A stretch of DNA of 63,251 nt, filler included. It is 9 parts of 9 records of this genome, joined end to end, with 100 filler letters (N's around TTAATTAATTAA, not from the genome) between each part and the next. Parts side by side here need not be neighbours in the genome. Positions count along the whole stretch, not along the records: positions 48,431 to 58,159 come from SRR11831585_80; positions 58,260 to 61,146 come from SRR11831585_82; positions 61,247 to 63,251 come from SRR11831585_89; 6 more parts are not named here. The stretch is one strand, 5' to 3'. This document shows positions 55,027-63,251 of this stretch, piece after piece; position 1 is the first letter of the stretch; every line of letters begins with the position of its first letter. The position numbers were made by a program, and so were the translations under genes. The notes beneath the pieces are model-generated. The model did no database searches. It was given only the letters and a program-made list of their open reading frames with translations, and had not been told where the DNA came from.

Positions 55027-56167
55027 GGGTCGGTTTCTCGTTAATAAAATCCAGGGCTTCCGGCACCGGAAGATGAGTAGGTTGTACAGGGCGCTGTCCA
55101 CCAGCCAGACGCCAGCGTTTCAGTTGCCAGACCCAGGCCAGCACTTCCGCCACCGCGGCGTACAGTTGACCCGGGATTTGTTGACCAATCTCCGCATGTC
55201 GATACAGCGCTCGCGCCAGCGGCGGCGCTTCAAGCGTCGGGACGTTATTTTCAGCGCCAATTTCACGAATGCGCAGCGCGACCAGCCCTGCACCTTTAGC
55301 GACCACTTTCGGTGCGCTCATTTTGTTTTCGTCATACTGCAACGCTACCGAATAGTGGGTCGGGTTATTGACAATGACATCCGCTTTCGGCACATCGGCC
55401 ATCATCCGACGCCGTGCAGCAGCTCGCTGCATCTGACGGATCCGCCCTTTAACATGAGGGTCACCTTCGCTTTGTTTGAACTCATCACGAATATCCTGCC
55501 GTGACATACGCAGCTTTTTCAGGTGGCTGAATATTTGGAAAAAGACGTCAAATCCCACCATTGGAATGACACCAAGCACCACCAGCAGTGCGCATAGCCC
55601 TACCAAATCCATCGCATTACCCATGGCGGTAATCGGAGACTCGGCCATCAAGCGCATCATCTGCGGCCAGTGATGCCAGAGAAAAAACCCCGTCACGCTG
55701 CCAACCAGGATGGTTTTCAAAATTGCTTTAAGCAACTCCGCGCCAGTCTGAGCCGAGAACATCCGTTTAATGCCCGGTAGCGGGTTGAGTTTGGAAAACT
55801 TCGGCTGCAAGGATTTGCCGCTAAATACCAGCCCTCCCAGCATGACCGGAGAAATGAGCGCCACCAGCACCACGCCGCTAATCAGCGGCAGCAGCGCCAG
55901 CATGGCTTCTCTGATCAGCAGAATAATCTGCCCGAGGATCAGATTCGGGTCATTGATAATACTGTGATCAAAATGCAGCCCAGCGGAGAGCATGCCCGAC
56001 AATCGACGGGCCAGCGACACACCGCCAAACCAGATAACACTAACGCCCACCAGCAAAATCAGCAGTGAGGTCAGTTCACGGGAACGCGGGATTTGCCCCT
56101 CTTCCCGCGCTTTTTCTAGTCGGTGAGGTGTGGGGGCTTCTGTTTTGTCGTCGCTCTCGTCAGACAC
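55019..56167 (-). CDS. flhB: Flagellar export switch FlhB
   Basis: 382 aa; NPTH autocleavage site. Confidence 0.98.
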   Translation of the reverse strand: MSDESDDKTEAPTPHRLEKAREEGQIPRSRELTSLLILLVGVSVIWFGGVSLARRLSGMLSAGLHFDHSIINDPNLILGQIILLIREAMLALLPLISGVVLVALISPVMLGGLVFSGKSLQPKFSKLNPLPGIKRMFSAQTGAELLKAILKTILVGSVTGFFLWHHWPQMMRLMAESPITAMGNAMDLVGLCALLVVLGVIPMVGFDVFFQIFSHLKKLRMSRQDIRDEFKQSEGDPHVKGRIRQMQRAAARRRMMADVPKADVIVNNPTHYSVALQYDENKMSAPKVVAKGAGLVALRIREIGAENNVPTLEAPPLARALYRHAEIGQQIPGQLYAAVAEVLAWVWQLKRWRLAGGQRPVQPTHLPVPEALDFINEKPTHE

Positions 56168-56296
56168 GTCGCCAATCCTGGAAAGAGTATTAAGCGTGAA
56201 TGATGCCAGAGCGCAAAGCGTTCAATGGTTTGAGTAAGGGGCAAAACAGGCGGGATTTAGGGCTTTTGCTGCCACACATCAAGCATAGTGTGCGTT

Positions 56297-56361
56297 TGTC
56301 GGATGCGGCGTCATCGCCTTATCAGACCGCCTGATATGACGTGGTCACGCCACATCAGGCA
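56297..56361. repeat. REP pair between cheZ and flhB
   Basis: TGTCGGATGCGGCGTCATCGCCTTATCAGAC and GCCTGATATGACGTGGTCACGCCACATCAGGCA. Confidence 0.78.
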
Positions 56362-56368
56362 ATACAAA

Positions 56369-57013
56369 TCAAAATCCAAGACTATCCAACAAATCGTCCA
56401 CCTGATCCTGACTGGCTACCACACCGGCTTTGCTGGTATCGACCTGAGGTCCATTAAGCAAACTCTGGTTTTCACGTTTTGGACGCGACTCCTGTTCCGG
56501 GATGTTTTCCAACAGCACCATCAGCAACTGGCGTTCGATCTCCTGAATGACATCCATCATCCGCTTAATGACCTGCCCGGTGAGATCCTGAAAATCCTGC
56601 GCCATCATGATTTCCAGCAGTTGCGCGTTAGTAAAGCTGGTATGCGCGGGTACATCTGCCAGAAATTGTCGTGTATCTGTTACCAGTTCACGGGCGTCGG
56701 CAAGGTCAATCGGATCGGCAAACCAGTCATCCCAACGTTGGGTTAACGCTTTTGCTGATTTCTCCATTTGATCCTGATGCGGTTGTGACGCCTCAACACT
56801 GTTCAGCGCCCGCTCCGCAGCCTGGGCGGTCATCTGCACAACATAGTACAAACGATCGCGCGCATCGGGGATGGCTTCCGCCGCTTCGGCAATGGCCTGA
56901 TCCAGCCCCAGTTCCCGCAAACTGTCGCGCAGCATACGCGTCAGGCTGCCGATGCGCGCAATGATATCGCCAGCTGAATGCTCGTCAGCAGGTTTGATTG
57001 ATGGTTGCATCAT
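56369..57013 (-). CDS. cheZ: Chemotaxis phosphatase CheZ
   Basis: 214 aa; [18 protein letters not shown]. Confidence 0.98.
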
Positions 57014-57023
57014 AGTCGCATCC

Positions 57024-58159
<1,136 letters not shown>

Positions 58160-58259
58160 NNNNNNNNNNNNNNNNNNNNNNNNNNNNNNNNNNNNNNNNN
58201 NNNTTAATTAATTAANNNNNNNNNNNNNNNNNNNNNNNNNNNNNNNNNNNNNNNNNNNN
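58160..58259. other. Artificial contig linker
   Basis: Same 100-bp structure. Confidence 0.98.
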
Positions 58260-58956
<697 letters not shown>

Positions 58957-59210
58957 CTACAAACAGTGAAAAGATCAATGAGAACTAATGCTAAACCGAG
59001 GACTATGGATACGTACGGAAAAACTTAAGGGAGAATGAGATTTTTCGACCCACTTCCGCGCTTTTAGTCGGGGTTGATAGTGGATCTCCAGTTGCACAGC
59101 GGCGTATTCCCGGTGACGAACTTTGGGAACATTCGTTGCCGACTTCATCACCACGCGAAAGTGACGTGATCGTGATCGTGTACACAGGTGCAGTGCAGCT
59201 GGGGTGCAGG

Positions 59211-59813
59211 ATGCTTGCAGTGGGTGCCTTGCTGCGACGGTTGCCCTTTGGTGGGAAGCGGGCTGCTTCCTTATCCTACTTTCATGTGAATGTCACTTCT
59301 GCTGTCGATTATAAAACGCGAAGAGAGCCATACCGCAAGAACCACATAGAAAACGTCAAGAAGTTGCGGGATTCTGGTGTTTTTGTTTCGGGTGGTCCAT
59401 CTCCAGACGGTGGAACCGCGGATCTATTCTTTTTTCTACCACACGAGGAAGATGTAGAGAAGGCCATCAAAAAGGATCCGTACTGGATGAGCCAAGTGTG
59501 GACTTCATACGAAATCTCCCCCTTCTCTCTGTTCCATGCGCCGCTCTCACTGCCGTCAGTTTCCCTCGACGGTAGTCGCGTGAATACAATTGTTGAGAGT
59601 CGCACGGAAACTCCCAGCGTACGCAGCAACTTGCCTGCCGCAATCGGCGCAAAGTTCCTGTTTGGTGGTCTGCGTGCAGTGGCAGGGGGCGCCTCGTCTT
59701 TGCTGGTTGTGATGGACACCTCTGATGCTTACGAAGCGGTCACGCTTGTGGGCTCAAAGCTCTCCGTTGATACGCAGCAACTGACTGCCCGGGCGTGGAT
59801 CCGGGTCCTTTGA
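59211..59813 (+). CDS. YciI-like protein (200 aa) with putative mitochondrial presequence; coding region intronless
   Basis: RREPYRKNH...GVFVSGGP...DPYW follows the YciI pattern; N-terminus MLAVGALLRRLPFGGKRAAS is basic with no acidic residues. Confidence 0.7.
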   Translation: MLAVGALLRRLPFGGKRAASLSYFHVNVTSAVDYKTRREPYRKNHIENVKKLRDSGVFVSGGPSPDGGTADLFFFLPHEEDVEKAIKKDPYWMSQVWTSYEISPFSLFHAPLSLPSVSLDGSRVNTIVESRTETPSVRSNLPAAIGAKFLFGGLRAVAGGASSLLVVMDTSDAYEAVTLVGSKLSVDTQQLTARAWIRVL

Positions 59814-59974
59814 ACGCAGGGACGTTTGTGAAACACTAGTTGAAAGCAACAAAACACGTCTAACACTTCGCATTGCGTTTGAGTCCTGTTTACGGTTCCA
59901 AACAAAATTTTCCACATCCCTCGCCGAAACGACCACACAGAAAAACCAAGGGATGACACGGAGTGCTGCTACAT

Positions 59975-60310
59975 ACATACTATCCGCACTGCATAGTCAC
60001 AACGAGAACAACCACTACAGACACCCACCGGATACAACCACAACACAGACGACAGACACACGCAACACACACATCCTCTCTCACACTAACTCACAACGCA
60101 CCCACACACAATAATATCGGTACCGGTACTTTCTCTCGCAACCTATCCAAACCCCAGCACACAACACATCCAATACACATATAGAGCGCATACATGATCC
60201 ACGTAATAATAATAGATCACGCAACGAAAACAGTGCACATACATGCACACAGACGCACACGCACACGCACAACACAGCGCTACACAACAGTTGTTAAACA
60301 CACACACCAA
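59975..60310. repeat. CA-rich low-complexity tract
   Basis: Degenerate (CA)n and (CAA)n on the + strand. Confidence 0.8.
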
Positions 60311-60347
60311 CATTTTCCCGCTTACTAACCAAAGCAAGCATGTAAGT

Positions 60348-60431
60348 TTAGTTATCGTAGGCGAGCGAGTGAGAGAGCCAGCGCTCCACCTCCGCCACAG
60401 GCATTCCCTTGCGGGCCGCGTAGTCCGCCAC
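60348..60431 (-). CDS. MTR: Terminal exon of cobalamin-dependent methionine synthase (MetH/MTR); upstream exons not present in this contig
   Basis: After acceptor GTGCAG: VADYAARKGMPVAEVERWLSHSLAYDN*, matching the MetH C-terminus (E. coli [29 protein letters not shown], as recalled). Confidence 0.82.
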   Translation of the reverse strand: MADYAARKGMPVAEVERWLSHSLAYDN

Positions 60432-60687
60432 CTGCACCGTGTCGTGTGAGATGACAGAAAGCAACAATTTCAACAGAAAGACAAAAAAAATACAAACGTT
60501 GAATAGATACGAAACTGCCCAAAACAAAAAAGAATATAAAATCTATGCATGTTATGCTGCCTTGCACGCCGATCACAACAACGCCAGGAACGTGCATGCA
60601 ACACAAAAAAAATCATCAGGGTCACAAACGCATCACTGCGCATACGCAAACACATATACCCGCACACATAAGAGCAAACCCACGTAC

Positions 60688-61146
60688 AGGAACGCAGGCG
60701 TCTTCAGCAGTCTCGCCCTGGCCGGCCGTCCCGAGGGGTGCGTGTACACGTCCTCCAAGAAAAAGTACACATGACCCACCAGAAGCCCCACCGAATCAAT
60801 CACCAGGGCACCGCTGTTGCCAATCAGCACGGAGAACGCCATGAGCACGTAGGGCAGGTAGGGTGCGTTGAACTGCAGCAGCCCGAGAAAGTTCATATTG
60901 ACAAGCGGGTTGCGGCGCGCCCACACGTAGACGATCATGAAGGAGAGACAGGGACCGAGAAAGTCGAGCCCGATGAAAGGCGCAGACACCTGCATCACGA
61001 GTGCGTGAGTGAGTGAGTACATAACAGGAGCGGAGACGAATGGGACGTGATGCATGGTGATACGGGAAGAGATAAAGAGGAGATGAATGCGAAGTAGGAT
61101 GTAGGAATAGTCATACCGTGCACGCGGAACGTACCAACATGAAAAA
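60688..61146 (-). CDS. Derlin (Der1/Derlin-2-like), partial; exons 61146-61135 and 60989-60688
   Basis: FMIVYVWARRNP, FNAPYLPYV, GLLVGHVYFFLEDVY, LLKTP; intron 61134-60990 GTACGT...GCAG; next donor GTACGT at 60687. Confidence 0.92.
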
Positions 61147-61246
61147 NNNNNNNNNNNNNNNNNNNNNNNNNNNNNNNNNNNNNNNNNNNNTTAATTAATT
61201 AANNNNNNNNNNNNNNNNNNNNNNNNNNNNNNNNNNNNNNNNNNNN
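61147..61246. other. Artificial contig linker
   Basis: Same 100-bp structure. Confidence 0.98.
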
Positions 61247-61343
61247 CCACGGTACACTCTGTTTCAGCATCGCTAGTGGAGTTACGGATCTCCTTTGGTG
61301 TCAACGCACCAAGAACAGTTTTGCTAACAAAACCCACGTGCAG

Positions 61344-62868
61344 ATTGAAGATATGTTCTCCGACAGCGATAACCCGCTGCGACGGTGTGCGTTCTGTGGC
61401 AAACTCTACACGCACAGTAGAAGGAAGGACCTCATGTGCATGAAAGCCAAGATCTTCATCGATTTTCACGGGAACGTGATGGCTGAGCACGTCATGGACC
61501 GCAACTTTGACCTGAACAGTGTATGTTGTTCTGCTTGCTTTTCTCAGCACTGCTCTCTCTCCCTCCTCCTCTCTTGCTCACCATCACTGTGCCACCATCA
61601 GTTTCTGCAGACCATGCGGAACCGCAAGCTCTCCTGGCGCGATATCTACTGGAGACTGTGGGGGCTGCAGTACACGTTCGAATGCATCACCTGCGGACTC
61701 AAGTTTGCAGCCAGCGAGTTGGGTCACTGCAGCTACCATCCTGATGACCCTGTGTTCCCCGATGGCTCCAATACGGGATCGTACCCGTGCTGCGGGAGCC
61801 ACGCCCTCCGGTTTGATCTGTCTGTCCGCAAAATCGGTTGCTGTGCGCGCCAACACCAACGTACGGAGGATATGTGCTCGTCTATCCATGCATCCATGCG
61901 TGCCTTTCTGTTCGTGTTTGGATTGTGTGGCTTGGGAGCTCTGGCATGGTATCTGACACTCCGCGCTATTACAGCGAAAACACAAGACGCCGCCTCCCGC
62001 AACGTATACGAGATTTTGATGAAACACCAGGCCCAGGTCCTGATTCCGTTCGGGGGCCCTGCGGACGATATCGGGATTGCTGCACGCAGCACCGCACCAG
62101 CCGACCTTGTACGTGTCCCCCGCATTCCCTCTGCATCCTCGTGTGTGTCTGACGATAACGTGCGTACCCTTCTGTGTATGTCGATAATGGTGTTGATGGT
62201 GGAATGGTGTTGATGATGATGGTGATGGCAGTCATCGCAAGAGGAGAGCGACAACGAAGGCGAGGAGCAGTCGGATGATGCAGACTCGTACGCCAGCGAC
62301 GCGGACATGGCGGTGTATAGCTCGGACGACAGCGACCGAGACGAATACGTGGGACAGGGTCAGGTACCTGCGAGAGGTGGGCTTGGTGAAATCTTCTTAC
62401 GCATTTTTTCCCATATGACAGCGCACGAAGCATACTGACAGAAGGGAGAGCCGTGCCGCACGACGTAGCAAAGGCAAGCCCGACCGCCAGGCCCGACTCA
62501 GCCCAAGGGTACGCCGCACGCAGAATCAACGCTTACATATACTCTCAGATGACTAACACGCGGTATGCCTTTGTGTGTGCAGCGAAAGCGGCTGTTGAAC
62601 ATGGACCAGCAGCGCGACGAGGACTTTCTGCGCATGGAGTCACTCATGAAGCAGCTGGACTCGGTTCGTGTGGATCCGAAGCGCGAACGGTCGGAGGACA
62701 CCGTGGTATGTGACATGCTTACTATTGCGGCTCCGTAGTGTCTGGGTTCTAAGCATTGTGTAGCCGTACGCAGGAACGTACGCACGCATAGCTGCGCGTT
62801 TGCGGAACCAGTTCGCACGAGCGTCTGCTGCTGGTCCCAGCACAAGCCGACCCTCCAGTCGACGGTAG
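61344..62868 (+). CDS. KIAA1841/SANBR-like (DUF3342 family) protein, 5'-partial; exons 61344-61520, 61602-61860, 61975-62108, 62232-62363, 62422-62508, 62583-62705, 62764-62868
   Basis: SWRDIYWRLWG, CSYHP, YPCC...LRFD...GC, DQQRDEDFLRM and YAGTYARI match the family as recalled; all junctions GT-AG and phase compatible. Confidence 0.8.
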
Positions 62869-63251
62869 CGGTCACGCATACCCCACGCTAGGGGGAGCAC
62901 GGTGGTGCTGGGACTCTGCTGTGTATGTTTTGGTGATTGTGAGGACGTGTTTGGTGCGTCCCTCCTGTATCTTGTTACAGTAGATTTTGTTCTTGATGGT
63001 TCTTGACTTGCGAGTAAAATAGTGCGCGGAGTGCAGACGCATCACAGTGCATCGTAGACCGTATATATGCATCGGTCTGCCATATGCATTCAAAAGCTCA
63101 GTGTTGTTAGAGTCCGTCAGTTTTTAGCTGCTTAGACCTTGATTACCTATACGGTAGGGTACGGTATCTTTATCAACGTGCTCTGGCTACAACTAGTAGC
63201 TAGTCTACGTTGTCACACACACTTACTCTACGTCCCCCACCCCTGTCAACC

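Noticed and set aside
59963..60340. Short Thr/His-rich or Cys/Val-rich ORFs in the eukaryotic contigs
   Set aside because: Translations of (CA)n/(TG)n low-complexity non-coding DNA.

Overview
This window is not a natural chromosome segment. It is nine unrelated contigs joined by eight identical 100-bp linkers (44 N + TTAATTAATTAA + 44 N). Six contigs (1-11943, 12044-25495, 25596-30410, 34282-41665, 41766-48330, 48431-58159) are ordinary Escherichia coli K-12 core loci: norVWR-srl-mltB-pncC-recA; glpXKF to yiiX; rcsC-atoSC; rrnH P1-gmhB-metNIQ-rcsF-trmO-proS-yaeF; mgtS-ydeE-eamA-marBARC-ydeA-yneK; and micL/cutC-argS-flhEAB-cheZYB. recA carries G160D (the recA1 allele of cloning strains). Four genes have single-base indels in or beside homopolymer runs that look like sequencing errors. 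Three contigs (30511-34181, 58260-61146, 61247-63251) come from a gene-dense microbial eukaryote with short GT-AG introns and (TG)n microsatellites. They hold a Rab 3' end, RPS2, Yip1, an unknown multi-exon gene, Ded1/DDX3, a YciI-like protein with a putative mitochondrial presequence, Derlin, an orphan last exon of B12-dependent methionine synthase, and a KIAA1841/SANBR-like gene. I see no novel prokaryotic system. The best leads are eukaryotic: the Derlin/MetH exon juxtaposition, a candidate intronic C/D snoRNA, and the YciI-like gene. All identifications are from recall of protein families; no database search was run.
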